A stretch of DNA of 64,000 bases, taken from the NCBI GenBank assembly GCA_965208325.1, contig OZ242326.1, forward strand, positions 832,001 through 896,000. The letters are read 5' to 3'. A program made the position numbers and the translations under genes. Shown here one piece after another: positions 39,593 to 51,068 of the stretch (position 1 is the stretch's first letter; each line of letters starts with the position of its first letter). The notes under the pieces are model-generated. The model saw only the letters and a list, made by a program, of their open reading frames with translations. It had not been told where the DNA came from and did no database searches. This DNA is from Candidatus Poribacteria bacterium. Lineage in GTDB: Bacteria > Poribacteria > WGA-4E > PCPOR2b.

Positions 39593-42500
39593 CTAAGACA
39601 GTTCATTCAGCAGAGCCTTTGCCAGCTTGAGATCTGCAGTATCAAATCCCTCCGTGAACCAGCCGTAAACCTGACTAAGCATGGTTCGAGCTTCCTCTTG
39701 TCTACCTTGCGTCTGCCACAGGCGGCTCAAACTTACTGCTGCCCGCAACTCTAAAGATTTTGCATTCTGCCGCCGCGCGATTTCGAAAGCTCGGCGCAAA
39801 CACACCTCGGCATCTGATACGGCATCGCCTTCCAATAACAACAGTTCTCCTTTGATTCGATACAATTCGGCTTCAAATAAACGTTCGTCACTATCGGAAA
39901 CTGCCGCTAACGCATCATTCAGTACGTAATGTCCTTCCTTCGGCTTTCCCGCTTTCAAAAACGATTCTGCCAACAGGGCTTGAAAATATGGGCGCAATAT
40001 TTCCGCGCCGGTTGCACGCCAGTCCGCCAGCCCCTGTTGCATTTGTGCAATTCCCGCGGTTTCCATGCCCTGCTCGGATTGCGCCCAACCCTCACCAAAG
40101 GTTCCTGCAGATGCCCAGAGCGTAAATCCTTGTTCAGTTGAAATCTTTTTCACCGCTTCCGCCTGCGCTTCGGCAGTTTCCACTTCGCGCCGGCACTGAT
40201 GAACCATTCCAGCGAAATACAACGCAACCGCCATGCTGAATGGGTGGTCTATCGATTTAGCAAGGCCTAACACCTCATGAATCCTTTTCATGGCTTGGTC
40301 CGGGTAGCCAAGAACCCACAGTACGGCACCTGAATAGGATAGACATGTGAGACGGGCGTCCGCCAAATAATGGAAGAAAGTGCGGGAACGGTGTTCCTGC
40401 GAGTCATAAAGTTTAATGCCGTGCTCTAAGTGTTCTTCAGAAGCAACTAAGTCTCCAAGATAACACAAAGTTGCCCCTAACGCCCGATATGCTTCCAAAA
40501 GCAAAGCACGGTCTTCTGTCTGCTCAGCCAGTTTGAGCAGTTGCTCTCCCAGCTCGCGCGCCGCCTGTAACTCCGCCCTTACTAAATGCGCTAACCACAG
40601 CCCGAACAGCACGGGGAATAGTTGAGGACTTTCGCCCAACTCCTGGCAGAGTTCGCGTGCGCGAGTGTAGGCGTCTACTACTTCTGAAGCTGCATATCCT
40701 CTAGTGGCTATTAACGCCGGACCAAGGGTGGTTTGCAATTTGAGTTCATGCTGGGATTTTGCGGGACTATCCGGAAGGGCATTTAACAACTCTAATCCTC
40801 TGGATACGTGACGAATTGCTTCTACGTTGGCTGACCGTTCAATGGCTCGCTGGCCTGCCCGCTGCCAATAGACTAACGCGTCATTGTCGAGGCTTGCTTC
40901 AGCGTAATGGTGGGCTAATACGCCAGGCTGAGTTTCGGCAACCTCCGGAAATTTCTCCGCCAGAACCTGTGCAATTTGCCGATGGTACTGCCCCCTTGCA
41001 CTTTTGAGCAGTGAGTGATAAGCAGCCTCTCGAATAAGGGGGTGCTTGAAAAAATAAAATCCCGATTGGTTGTGTTGCTGGTAACCGAGAAGCCCAGCGT
41101 CAACTAACCGAGATAATTCTTTGTGCAGCGTCTTATCGTCAAGCGGCGAGACCGCGCCGAGTACCTCATCGGAAAACTGGCTTCCCATAACAGCGCCTAG
41201 TTGTGCTAACTCTTTGGCTGTGCCGAGCTGATCTAACCGGGCGGTCAGCGAATCTTGCAGTGTCGTAGGAATTGCCAGCGACAAAAGCGGCTGCGTTAAT
41301 TCATAACCCCCGTCGCGTTCCTGGAGGAGACCCGATTCTAAAACCATCTTGGTCAATTCTTCCACAAACAGAGGCACGCCATCCGTCTTCGAAACAATCT
41401 GTTTCATCACTTCGGACGGCAGCAATTTGCTCTTTGTGACGTGTTCAACCATAATTGCTACCTGTTTCCGAGTTAAGCGGTTTAGCGTAATTGGTGTAAC
41501 ATACGGGCATGAAAGCCACGGCGGGCTAAAATCCGGGCGAAACGTCAGTAAGGTAAGCAGATTGGGAGTCGAACCTCGATCGACAATGAGGTCGAGCAGT
41601 TCTAGCGTGGATGGATCAGCCCAGTGCAGGTCCTCTACAACGAGCAAAACAGGCTGCCGATTTGCCCGTCCTAGAAAAATCTCAAGCAGGGCTTCAAGTG
41701 TTTTTTGCCGCTGTTGCTGGGGGGTAAGAAATTGAGGCGGGTACCGGCCATCATCATACGGTATAGAAAGGAAGGAAGCAAATAGAGGTAAGTTTTCTTC
41801 AACGGAGAGTTTTGAAAATGCAAGGAAATCTGTTAATTTTGACAACTTTTTCTGCGGCGAATCCCCGCGTTCAAACCCCAACACCGCGCGCTGGAACATG
41901 TCAATAATTGGGTAAAGGGCGCTGTTCTGATGGTATGGCGAACAGCGGCACTCAATTATCGGTGAATTCTCCCACCATGCATCCGATATGTCGTTTGGAC
42001 GTTTCTCAGAGGATGTTCTACTTTTAACGTGCTCTTTCAGCATCTGCACCATGCGCGATTTGCCTATTCCGGGTTCGCCGTTAAGCAGCACGACCTGTCC
42101 CGCGCCTTCTACACTTTGCTCCCAACGCTCCAGCAATAAGCCTACGACCTGCTCACGGCCTACCAGCGGCGTAAGTCCAGTAGTCGCCGCCACATCAATG
42201 CGATTGCGAGCTTCACTCGCAATAACTTGATACACGCGAATCGGGTAGGATATCCCTTTGAGCGTTCGAGCACCCAACGCTTGACATTCGAAGAATCCCG
42301 CAATGAGTCTATAAGTTGCTGCGCTAACCAACACGGTATTCGGCTCGGCAAGTTCCTGTAAACGGCCGGCGATGTTTGGGGTTTCACCTACGATTGCCAT
42401 CAATTCCAACTCGCCGCCTTTGCCCATGTCTCCCGCTACTACCAACCCTGTGTGAATTCCAATGCGAACTTCCAACCGTAGTTCATTTTCCTGTTGAAGG

Positions 42501-42928
42501 CGTGCATTCAAATTCTCCATTCCCTCAATGATCGCCAATCCCGCACGAACCGCACGCTGGGCGTTGTCCTCGTGGGCATGGGGGTAACCGAAGTAGACTA
42601 GCAGCCCGTCACCGAAATATCGGGCGATATGCCCCTCAAAGCGCCTGATGGCTTTAGCACAAACCGCTTGGTAGTCGCCGAGGACATCGCGTAACTCTTC
42701 AGGGTCGAGTCTTTCGGAGAGTGAGGTTGAGCCAGCCAGATCGCAAAACATCACTGTCAACTGGCGGCGGTCCGCTTCAGGAATTTCACGAGGGTTAGAG
42801 GCGGGTTTGGCGGACGTTTCGGCAGGCGGCGCAGGTGCCGCGCGAGAATTGAGTTTCGCGCCGCAATTCATGCAGAATTGGGCTTCTTCCGGATTGGTAT
42901 GTTCACAAATACGACAACGCATTTGCAC
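39593..42928 (-). CDS. Class III adenylate/guanylate cyclase with STAND AAA ATPase and TPR domains, N-terminal Zn ribbon
   Basis: Two CxxC pairs, RRQLTVMFCDL, GDG, RIGIHTG, Walker A GEPGIGKS, EDLHWAD, C-terminal helical repeats. Confidence 0.92.
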   Translation of the reverse strand: MQMRCRICEHTNPEEAQFCMNCGAKLNSRAAPAPPAETSAKPASNPREIPEADRRQLTVMFCDLAGSTSLSERLDPEELRDVLGDYQAVCAKAIRRFEGHIARYFGDGLLVYFGYPHAHEDNAQRAVRAGLAIIEGMENLNARLQQENELRLEVRIGIHTGLVVAGDMGKGGELELMAIVGETPNIAGRLQELAEPNTVLVSAATYRLIAGFFECQALGARTLKGISYPIRVYQVIASEARNRIDVAATTGLTPLVGREQVVGLLLERWEQSVEGAGQVVLLNGEPGIGKSRMVQMLKEHVKSRTSSEKRPNDISDAWWENSPIIECRCSPYHQNSALYPIIDMFQRAVLGFERGDSPQKKLSKLTDFLAFSKLSVEENLPLFASFLSIPYDDGRYPPQFLTPQQQRQKTLEALLEIFLGRANRQPVLLVVEDLHWADPSTLELLDLIVDRGSTPNLLTLLTFRPDFSPPWLSCPYVTPITLNRLTRKQVAIMVEHVTKSKLLPSEVMKQIVSKTDGVPLFVEELTKMVLESGLLQERDGGYELTQPLLSLAIPTTLQDSLTARLDQLGTAKELAQLGAVMGSQFSDEVLGAVSPLDDKTLHKELSRLVDAGLLGYQQHNQSGFYFFKHPLIREAAYHSLLKSARGQYHRQIAQVLAEKFPEVAETQPGVLAHHYAEASLDNDALVYWQRAGQRAIERSANVEAIRHVSRGLELLNALPDSPAKSQHELKLQTTLGPALIATRGYAASEVVDAYTRARELCQELGESPQLFPVLFGLWLAHLVRAELQAARELGEQLLKLAEQTEDRALLLEAYRALGATLCYLGDLVASEEHLEHGIKLYDSQEHRSRTFFHYLADARLTCLSYSGAVLWVLGYPDQAMKRIHEVLGLAKSIDHPFSMAVALYFAGMVHQCRREVETAEAQAEAVKKISTEQGFTLWASAGTFGEGWAQSEQGMETAGIAQMQQGLADWRATGAEILRPYFQALLAESFLKAGKPKEGHYVLNDALAAVSDSDERLFEAELYRIKGELLLLEGDAVSDAEVCLRRAFEIARRQNAKSLELRAAVSLSRLWQTQGRQEEARTMLSQVYGWFTEGFDTADLKLAKALLNELS

Positions 42929-42979
42929 AACTCCAAATTGGGCATGATGCTCAACTCTAATACAAAATGAATTGTGCGT

Positions 42980-44416
42980 TTACCACCACCCGAGAAACTT
43001 CCACCACATCATGCCGACGCTCAACCAGATTGCTAAATGAAAGAGAGACACCAAGAATCCGATGCCGAACCACTTCGGCTGGGGTACATACCCAAGTCCA
43101 AAATAGATAATTAAGGGTCCGGTGGAATAATTTGTGACGCATCCGCACAAGTTAGAAAAGTAAGCCAGTATCGCAACGGTTAGCATCGCAGGCGCACCAA
43201 CTCCTAACGCTACCGCGAAAAAAGCGGCAACCATTGCAGCGATATGCGCGGTCAACATGGAAAAAAAGTACATTGAATAAAAGTAAATCAATGCGAGGCT
43301 GATAATGATGGCTATACCGCTTAGGTCTTCAACCAAAAACTTCATGTTGCTTGCAAACCAATCGATGAATTCATAGGTCTTGAGACTGTTCGCCATAGTT
43401 AATAAGCCGCCCAGCCAGATTAGCGTATCCCATGCCTTGTCATTCCCCGTGATATCCTCCCAACTCTCGGTACGCGCTAAAAGCAATAGACTGACGCCTA
43501 TCCAAGCCACAAGCGTCGTGCTCATGCCGTGCAGGGCTTTTGTCGTCCACATGCCCAAGAGTATGATGAAGACCGCGCACATCACCTTTTCGCCAGATGA
43601 CCACGGCCCCATCCTACGGAGTTCGTCTTGCGCCGTTTCTTGGGCGGCGTGCGTGTCCTTTAGTGTCGGTTTTGCGAGAAAATAGATTACAATTGGGAGT
43701 AAACTTAAACCTACGAGTCCCGGAACGATCGCGCCGAGCGCCCATGTACCCCAACCGAAGTCAATTGCAAACACATCGCTTGCGGCCTTTTTGACGAGAG
43801 GATTCGCAGCCATTCCCGTCAGAAACATTGCCGCTGCGATAAGATTGGCATGGGCGCCGACCAGTGTCAAATACTCCCCAGCACGTTTGGGTTCTCTTTC
43901 CGGGCGCGAATCGAGCGCTTCCGCTAACGAACGCATAATCGGCGCCAATACTCCGCCGCCGCGAGCCGTGTTCGAGGGCACGAACGGCCCAAGCAGCAGC
44001 TCTGCGCCGCACAAAGAATATCCTAACCCAATAATTGACTTCCCTAGCCAACTTACCAGCGTCAAAGCCAATCGCCGGCCGAAACCGGTGCGCACAACGC
44101 CGCCGGCAATCAGGAATGCGGCGACGACTAACCAAACTGTGCTGTCCGCATATCCTGCAAGTGCTTCGGATACCGTTAGCGTCTTGGTCGCCATCAGCAC
44201 GACCAGTCCAAATAAGACCATCGGCCCATTCGGAAAAGGGCGCAAAATGAAACCGACAATCACCGTGATAAACACGGCAAAGATTTTCCAACCTTTCGAG
44301 TATAGTTCACTTGGGTCTATCTCACGCGGCGCCGGAACCACCCACCACAGTGTGAGCAGCAAGAGAACACAGCCGCCAAGTCTCAGAATTTTATGCTTTT
44401 GTAAGTTTCCTGTCAT
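42980..44416 (-). CDS. DASS family divalent anion:Na+ symporter
   Basis: PSNTARGGG, MFLTGMAANP, WDTLIW and WWKFLGWW motifs; ATG at 44416 with GAGGA RBS. Confidence 0.92.
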   Translation of the reverse strand: MTGNLQKHKILRLGGCVLLLLTLWWVVPAPREIDPSELYSKGWKIFAVFITVIVGFILRPFPNGPMVLFGLVVLMATKTLTVSEALAGYADSTVWLVVAAFLIAGGVVRTGFGRRLALTLVSWLGKSIIGLGYSLCGAELLLGPFVPSNTARGGGVLAPIMRSLAEALDSRPEREPKRAGEYLTLVGAHANLIAAAMFLTGMAANPLVKKAASDVFAIDFGWGTWALGAIVPGLVGLSLLPIVIYFLAKPTLKDTHAAQETAQDELRRMGPWSSGEKVMCAVFIILLGMWTTKALHGMSTTLVAWIGVSLLLLARTESWEDITGNDKAWDTLIWLGGLLTMANSLKTYEFIDWFASNMKFLVEDLSGIAIIISLALIYFYSMYFFSMLTAHIAAMVAAFFAVALGVGAPAMLTVAILAYFSNLCGCVTNYSTGPLIIYFGLGYVPQPKWFGIGFLVSLFHLAIWLSVGMMWWKFLGWW

Positions 44417-44445
44417 AGTCCAGTTCCTCAGCGAAAAAACCCGCA

Positions 44446-45621
44446 TTACATACATTCAAAAATTCCTGCCGCGCCCATTCCGCCGCCGATGCACATCGTG
44501 ACCATGCCGTAGCGTGCATTCCGCCGGCGCATCTCGTTAATCAGCGTGACTGATAGCTTTGTACCAGTGCATCCAAGCGGGTGTCCCAGCGCAATGGCGT
44601 TGCCATTGACGTTGACTTTATCGATTGGAAGATTGAGTTCGTCAATTACCGCAAGCGCCTGTACCGCAAACGCTTCGTTCAGTTCAATCAGATCGATGTC
44701 GTCGAGAGAAAGGCCCGCGAGTTTCAACGCTTTTGGAACAGCCGCAACTGGTCCAATCCCCATGATTTCTGGCGGGACACCCGCAGTGGCATAACCAACA
44801 AACCGCGCCATCGGTTCGCATCCGAGTTCCGCGGCTTTCTCCGCAGACATAAGCACGACCGCCGCCGCACCGTCGCTCATCTGGGATGAGTTTCCGGCGG
44901 TGACGCTGCCGTCCTCGCGAAATACAGGTTTAAGTTTTGCCAATGCCAGAATGGATGTATCCCGGCGAACACCTTCGTCAACGGTGAATTCAAAGGTCCG
45001 CGTTTCTTGCACGCCGTTATCATTCGCATGCGTCTCAGTCACAGAGATAGGTAAAATTTCAGCCTTGAACTTGCCTGTATCAATCGCATCAGCCGCTTTC
45101 TGATGGCTAGACATCGCGTACGCGTCCTGAATTTCACGCGAGATACGGTATTTGCTTACTAGATTCTCGGCGGTCAAGCCCATACTGAGATAAACATCGG
45201 GATAGTGCTCAACAAGGTGTGGGTTCGGTGCCGACGTGATGTCGTAAGGAACGAAACTCATGCTTTCCGTTCCTCCAGCTACCACTACGTCAGCGAACCC
45301 GCACATAATTCGTTCCGCCCCCATAGCAATCGTCTGCAAGCCTGAAGCACAAAAACGGTTCACGGTCATTGCAGGAACAGAAACCGGTATACCCGCACGT
45401 ACGCAGGCAATTCGCGCGACATTCACCCCCTGCGGGCCTTCGGGCATGGCACAGCCAATTATTACGTCGTCGATTTTTTCGGCATCAAGGTTCGGCACCC
45501 GATTGATAGCTTCTTTAATGACAAATGCAGCGAGATCGTCTGGGCGCGTATCTTTTAGCGAGCCGCGGTTTGCTTTTCCAACAGCTGTCCGTACCCCCGC
45601 TGCAATAACTGCTGAATTCAT
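44446..45621 (-). CDS. fadA: Acetyl-CoA C-acyltransferase (thiolase)
   Basis: NRFCASG, NEAFA, GHPLG and MCIGGGMG motifs. Confidence 0.9.
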   Translation of the reverse strand: MNSAVIAAGVRTAVGKANRGSLKDTRPDDLAAFVIKEAINRVPNLDAEKIDDVIIGCAMPEGPQGVNVARIACVRAGIPVSVPAMTVNRFCASGLQTIAMGAERIMCGFADVVVAGGTESMSFVPYDITSAPNPHLVEHYPDVYLSMGLTAENLVSKYRISREIQDAYAMSSHQKAADAIDTGKFKAEILPISVTETHANDNGVQETRTFEFTVDEGVRRDTSILALAKLKPVFREDGSVTAGNSSQMSDGAAAVVLMSAEKAAELGCEPMARFVGYATAGVPPEIMGIGPVAAVPKALKLAGLSLDDIDLIELNEAFAVQALAVIDELNLPIDKVNVNGNAIALGHPLGCTGTKLSVTLINEMRRRNARYGMVTMCIGGGMGAAGIFECM

Positions 45622-45801
45622 TCATTCACTCCTAAACGTCGTTTTGGAAACGGAAAAGATATTTGAATCGCTCGGAAAACAACAATGTTTTAAACCTCTG
45701 AATCTTCATCTTTCCATCTGCACATGATACTAATTTGGTTTGCTATTCATCACCAACAACCAGTTTCCCGCACTATGCAGAACTCTCGTGTTTCTTTCGT
45801 C

Positions 45802-48219
45802 TCAATTGCGAAGCGGCTTTCCAGTCTTTAGCGTAAACTCAATCCGATTCTGTGTCTTCTCCTCCCCGCACAGGCTAATAAACGCCTCTCGCTCAAGGTC
45901 GAGTATGTACGACTCGGAGACGCGCTGCGGCGACGTAAGTTCACCGCCGCACAAAACGTAGGCGAGTTTATTCAGGACAGCGGCGTCATGCTCGCTGATA
46001 TAATTAGCGCTACGCATCTGATGAATTTCCAGCTTATGTTGCGCGAGTCCGTTTCTTCCCGGCACCAACGTCTCTCGCGGCTGCGGTTGCTGGTAGCCCC
46101 TCGCGGCGATTGAACGTACCATCTCTTTTGCATCGTAGAGATGGCGCCTACTGTTTATTGAAATGAAATCTGTGTTGCGAAGATACCCTAGCTGCCTCGC
46201 GTGTTCGCCGCTCTCGGACACGCTTGAGCGTGCAATAGTCTCAAAAGCACGCTTCACATTCTGAATTGCGTCCGCGCTGCTGTCAATCGGCAGATTTTCT
46301 TGGCAACGGAGAATCATCTCCTTTGTGCCGCCCGCACCCGGGATGAGTCCGACACGCACCTCGACCAAACCCATATAAGTTTCTGCGGCGGCGCAGACCG
46401 CATCCGAATTGAGAACAACCTCACACCCGCCGCCGTACGTCATTCCCGATGGGGCGGATACGACGGTTTTCGGCGAACTACGCAGCGACATATTTGCCGT
46501 CTGGAAATTCAGGAGGATTTCGTCAATCGCGTCCCAATCTTTGTTCCTCGCCTTTTCAAGAACCAAGACAAGGTTTAACCCCACCGAAAAGTTGTCACTG
46601 TGGTTGCCGATGATGAGTCCGACAAAGTTCCGCTCGACCTCGTCGAGGGCGTTTAGCATCATCTCAAGCGTGGAAGTATTGATGATATTCATCTTGCTGT
46701 GGAACTCAAGGCAAGCTACACCATCCCCAATATCAATTAGGCTGGCATCAGCATTGGATTGCACCGTCTTACCGTCTGATCGGAGGTCCGAGAGAACGAT
46801 GTCCTCTGAAGGAGTTTCGGTCTCTTGGTAACTATTTGACCCGAGATCGAAATAAGCGCTCTTGGCATGCGAATCTTCCGGATTGACCGCCCTGTAAAAG
46901 GACGTGTGCCCCGAATCCAACAGATTGGCGGCGAGCGGCGGAATTGCACCGCCTTCGGACTGCATTCGTTCAACGGATTCCGGCACGCCGATTGCGTCCC
47001 AAATCTCAAACACGCCAAGCTCCCAATTGAAACCCCATTTCATGGCTTTGTCGACGCTCGCCAAATCATCCGAGATTTCGGGGATACACGACGCAGCATA
47101 GCGCAACAAGTTACTCAGACTTTTCCACACTAACCGCCCTTCCCGGCTGTCGTTGTCCGTAAGTGCCTTGATCCGCGCACCGGCATCCCTAATTCGCTTT
47201 ACTGAGTCGAGCGTACGAGATTGCACACTTTCACGAGGTACATATTCAAGTGTATTGTAGTTCAACGTCAAGATTTCACTGCCTTTTTCACCGGGACGTT
47301 TATGATAAAATCCTCGTCCTGTTTTGTCACCAAGCCAATTCCTCTCGATCATGTGCAAAATGAACTCCGGCACACGGAAAACAGCACGCCGTTCATCGTC
47401 AGGCAACGCTGTGTTAAGATTCTTTGCCATATCCACAAGTATATCTACCCCGATAAGATCGCCCAGCCGGAAGGTGGCGCTTCGCGGCCGCCCAATCAGA
47501 GGCCCTGTAATCACATCGACCTCATCAATGGTATAATCCTCTTCAAGCATCAGATGGATAGTGTGCATCATCGCAAAGGTGCCGATCCGGTTGGCGATGA
47601 AATTGGGCGTATCCTTGCAGCGTACAATCCCTTTTCCGAGTATCCGCTCTCCAAAATCGGCAGCAAAATCGACCAGATTCGTTCGAGTCTCCGCTGTTGG
47701 AATAATTTCAAGCAGGTGCATGTACCGTGGCGGGTTAAAGAAATGCGTTCCTAAAAAGCACTCCCGAAAGTTTGCAGAGCGCCCTTTGGAAAGTGCATTG
47801 ATGGAGATTCCAGATGTGTTAGAACTTACGAGCGTGCCGTGTCTGCGGTGCCGGTCGATTAATTCGTGAACCTGTTTTTTTACCTGTAAATTTTCGGTGA
47901 CTGCTTCAACGATCCAGTCCGCCTCAGCCAACCGGTCGGCGTGGTCGCTAAGGTTTCCCGCCCGAATCAACCGCGCTGCTTCGCGAACATAGAACGGTGA
48001 ACGGGTTTTCGCGATTTTCATCCGATCCAGTGCAGACGCCGCGATTCGATTCCGCTCAACAGAGCGGCCGCAATTTCCATCCTTCATGCCAGCGGGTAAA
48101 ACGTCCAACAAGTCACAAGGGATACCGACGTTGGCGAAATGGGCGGCAATCTGCGAACCCATTGTACCGGCGCCCAAGACTGCAACTCGTTTTATTTTGC
48201 GATATAATTCTACTTGCAA
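45802..48219 (-). CDS. 3-hydroxyacyl-CoA dehydrogenase / enoyl-CoA hydratase fusion (FadN-like)
   Basis: GAGTMG, SNTSG, HFFNPPRY, GGGCE, GLVE and GKPLRN motifs. Confidence 0.92.
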   Translation of the reverse strand: MQVELYRKIKRVAVLGAGTMGSQIAAHFANVGIPCDLLDVLPAGMKDGNCGRSVERNRIAASALDRMKIAKTRSPFYVREAARLIRAGNLSDHADRLAEADWIVEAVTENLQVKKQVHELIDRHRRHGTLVSSNTSGISINALSKGRSANFRECFLGTHFFNPPRYMHLLEIIPTAETRTNLVDFAADFGERILGKGIVRCKDTPNFIANRIGTFAMMHTIHLMLEEDYTIDEVDVITGPLIGRPRSATFRLGDLIGVDILVDMAKNLNTALPDDERRAVFRVPEFILHMIERNWLGDKTGRGFYHKRPGEKGSEILTLNYNTLEYVPRESVQSRTLDSVKRIRDAGARIKALTDNDSREGRLVWKSLSNLLRYAASCIPEISDDLASVDKAMKWGFNWELGVFEIWDAIGVPESVERMQSEGGAIPPLAANLLDSGHTSFYRAVNPEDSHAKSAYFDLGSNSYQETETPSEDIVLSDLRSDGKTVQSNADASLIDIGDGVACLEFHSKMNIINTSTLEMMLNALDEVERNFVGLIIGNHSDNFSVGLNLVLVLEKARNKDWDAIDEILLNFQTANMSLRSSPKTVVSAPSGMTYGGGCEVVLNSDAVCAAAETYMGLVEVRVGLIPGAGGTKEMILRCQENLPIDSSADAIQNVKRAFETIARSSVSESGEHARQLGYLRNTDFISINSRRHLYDAKEMVRSIAARGYQQPQPRETLVPGRNGLAQHKLEIHQMRSANYISEHDAAVLNKLAYVLCGGELTSPQRVSESYILDLEREAFISLCGEEKTQNRIEFTLKTGKPLRN

Positions 48220-48230
48220 TTTATTCGCCT

Positions 48231-49763
48231 CTACCTTGTTTCCTCATTACTATCTCTACTGAATCGGGTGAGTGCATCGCCGATTTTATCTTGCAAGGAT
48301 CGGCGTAAATTTGCAGAGCCTTTGAAATTACTCATCAAGACCGCGAAAGCCAAAATTTCGCCTTCCGCCGTCATGGTATAACCGGCAAGCGTCGAAACAC
48401 CTCTCATCGTACCCGTTTTTGCCCGTAAAATGCCGCCCGCTCTCATGTCATTCATCCGCCTTTTCAACGTCCCATCAACGCCCGCAATGGGCAAAGATAC
48501 AAGATATTCGGGCATCATCGCAAAATTGTTGAACATATAAGTTAGAAGACTCGTTAAGGCCGAAGCCGTGACAAGATTGTATCGGGAAACGCCCGAACCG
48601 TCCGCTAAGGTGTACCGTGAATTGTCCAACCCAATTTCTCTCAAAAACTCGCCGATAGCGGCAATCCCTTTTTGCGCTGTACCGGGTGCGCCCTTTAACT
48701 CCGCGCCAATCGTTTTTAGGATGAGTTCCGCCGTTAAATTATCGCTAGATTTGTTCATCCCCCAGAGAATGCGAGATAGCGGCACTGATACATGATTGGC
48801 AATTTTCAACGCCCTTTCGGGAACAACACCGTGACGTATACTCCCCCGAAACATGATGCCTTTCTGCGCAAGCTTCTCCTTCAATAGCGTCCCACAATAA
48901 AGCGCGGGATCGACGACATCCACCTGTCGATTGACGTCAGCTTGACCAATCTCCATTGATCCGCGGATGGTCAATACATTTGCCTCCACCGGCTTCCACT
49001 GTCGTTTAATGCTCAATCTTGTCGCGTCTGAAGCGGTGACGGTCGCCGCCTCATTGACAATTTTCATGTACTGCGTGGGCGGTTCAAGTTGCACGTCAAC
49101 GGGATCGTCTATATTGCGGCCCGGTGACACGCGGACGCGAACGCCGTTGTGATTGATGGTCAGCGCGCTCAAATGCGAGTAATATCCGCCTAAGGGGCCG
49201 TCGTCCCACATCCACCCTTTCCCCCGCCGGATATCGTCGAAATAAGACTCATCCACAACAATATCGCCGTCTACAGATTTAACACCCATCGCGGCCAGCT
49301 TTTCAGTAAATTCTTCCAGATCGCCGCTCTCAAACCTTGGGTCGCCCCGGCCCTTGAAGTAGAGATTTCCTACAACACGCCCATCTTCGATTGCATCCGC
49401 ATACAGGGTAGTGTGGAAACGATAGTTTGGACCCAGTTTGACGAGCGCCGCCGCAGCGGTAATCAATTTCATCGTCGAAGCCGGATGATGCAGTTTATCG
49501 GCAGCATTTTCATAAATTACGCTGCCGTTCGACAACGATACGACTTTAACCCCGACATTTGAAGCGGCGAGCAGCGGATCGCCCAAAATCGTTTCAATTT
49601 CACTCGCTAATACATGGGTCGGTTCAATCGGTGTTGGTGAGGAAACCGTGGCGCAACTGATGAGAACAACCAATAAACACAACAAAAACAGCGGCATATA
49701 GGTGGTGCCGGTGCCCGTTCGTTTCTTAAAGGTGACTCGCTTTATCCGGAGAATTTTAAACAT
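48231..49763 (-). CDS. dacB: D-alanyl-D-alanine carboxypeptidase/endopeptidase PBP4 (peptidase S13)
   Basis: PASTMK (SxxK), SDN, DGSGVSR and AKTG motifs; start uncertain. Confidence 0.92.
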   Translation of the reverse strand: MFKILRIKRVTFKKRTGTGTTYMPLFLLCLLVVLISCATVSSPTPIEPTHVLASEIETILGDPLLAASNVGVKVVSLSNGSVIYENAADKLHHPASTMKLITAAAALVKLGPNYRFHTTLYADAIEDGRVVGNLYFKGRGDPRFESGDLEEFTEKLAAMGVKSVDGDIVVDESYFDDIRRGKGWMWDDGPLGGYYSHLSALTINHNGVRVRVSPGRNIDDPVDVQLEPPTQYMKIVNEAATVTASDATRLSIKRQWKPVEANVLTIRGSMEIGQADVNRQVDVVDPALYCGTLLKEKLAQKGIMFRGSIRHGVVPERALKIANHVSVPLSRILWGMNKSSDNLTAELILKTIGAELKGAPGTAQKGIAAIGEFLREIGLDNSRYTLADGSGVSRYNLVTASALTSLLTYMFNNFAMMPEYLVSLPIAGVDGTLKRRMNDMRAGGILRAKTGTMRGVSTLAGYTMTAEGEILAFAVLMSNFKGSANLRRSLQDKIGDALTRFSRDSNEETR

Positions 49764-50007
49764 GTTAACCGCCCGTAATTGAAGGTGAATTCGCCGAGGA
49801 ATTTTCTCACATAAGGGTTATGAAGTCAAGCTCTTTTTCGGCGGCGGCAATCCGTTACTGTACCCATGCACGGTGATATGCTACAATAGAATGCACGTTG
49901 TATGAGGTTGTCGATACAACCCCGATTTCGAATTGGATTCAGGCATTGATTCACAAATTGGCATAAAAGGCAATATATACATTCATTGTGCAAGGAGAAC
50001 ACCATAT

Positions 50008-51066
50008 ATGGCAAACCCATTAAAAGTTGGCATCATCGGCGTTGGCGGCATCGCCCGCACCCACGTACCGGGTTGGAACGCCTCGCCGCACGCCGAGTTG
50101 GTGGCTGGCTGTGATATCAGAGACGATGTCGTCAAACACTGGGGCGAAGCAAACCAAATAAAAACACTGGCGACCAATCCGGAAGAACTCTTCAGCGATG
50201 CGGATATCGATATCATTGATGTGTGCACACCGAACATGTATCACGCGCCGCTGGCAGTTGCAGCGCTTGAATCGGGTAAACATGTCATCTGCGAAAAGCC
50301 ATTGGCGCCGACGCCGCAAGACATCTACAAAATGATCGAAGCCCGCAATCAGTCCGGAAAATTGCTCATGACGGCACAGCATTTCCGGTTTGAACCTAAA
50401 TCGAAAGCCATGAAAGCCGAAATAGACAGGGGTGTGCTCGGCGACGTATACCATGCGCGCAGTTGGATGCTGCGCCGTAACGGGTTCTCACCAGGGCCGG
50501 GATTCGTCCTCAAGAAAAACAGCGGAGGGGGACCGTGCATCGACATCGGCGTTCATATTTTGGATTTAACCCTCTGGTTCATGGGCAATCCGCAGCCAGC
50601 CGCTGTGACGGGGGTAGCACGGGCTGAGCTCGCACATCGAAAGGGCGCTTTCTGCGCATGGGGCGGCGAGATTCCGGAAGCGTTCGATGTCGAAGATTTT
50701 GCGGCGGCGTTCGTGCGATTTGAGACCGGCGCCACCCTAATCCTAGAGGTGAGTTGGCTGCTCCACCACGATATACGCGGCGAGGACATGCAGATGTGGC
50801 TTTACGGGACGGATGCCGGCGCGCACTGGCCAAAATGCGAGTTTCTTGAGAGCAATGCTGCCACGAAGCAGCATTTCAATCGATCCTTACAACTTTTCCC
50901 GAATCTTTTGGAAGCGCATGCACAGGAGTGCGTCGAGTTTGCGCAGGCAATTGTTGACGGCGCGCCCTCACCCGTACCTGCCGAACAGTCGCTGCAGGTG
51001 ATTTCCATTCTGGACGGCATCTACAGGAGCCAAGAACAGGGCGGAGAAGTGCGAGTCAATGCGTAG
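50008..51066 (+). CDS. Gfo/Idh/MocA family oxidoreductase
   Basis: VGIIGVGG, KHVICEKP, GGGPCIDIGVH; ATG after AAGGAG. Confidence 0.92.
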   Translation: MANPLKVGIIGVGGIARTHVPGWNASPHAELVAGCDIRDDVVKHWGEANQIKTLATNPEELFSDADIDIIDVCTPNMYHAPLAVAALESGKHVICEKPLAPTPQDIYKMIEARNQSGKLLMTAQHFRFEPKSKAMKAEIDRGVLGDVYHARSWMLRRNGFSPGPGFVLKKNSGGGPCIDIGVHILDLTLWFMGNPQPAAVTGVARAELAHRKGAFCAWGGEIPEAFDVEDFAAAFVRFETGATLILEVSWLLHHDIRGEDMQMWLYGTDAGAHWPKCEFLESNAATKQHFNRSLQLFPNLLEAHAQECVEFAQAIVDGAPSPVPAEQSLQVISILDGIYRSQEQGGEVRVNA

Positions 51067-51068
51067 TC

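Noticed and set aside
43791..44501. 236-aa + strand ORF, and similar long antisense ORFs such as 13779..14417 and 53144..53722
   Set aside because: Fully antisense to well-supported genes and without motifs; shadow ORFs
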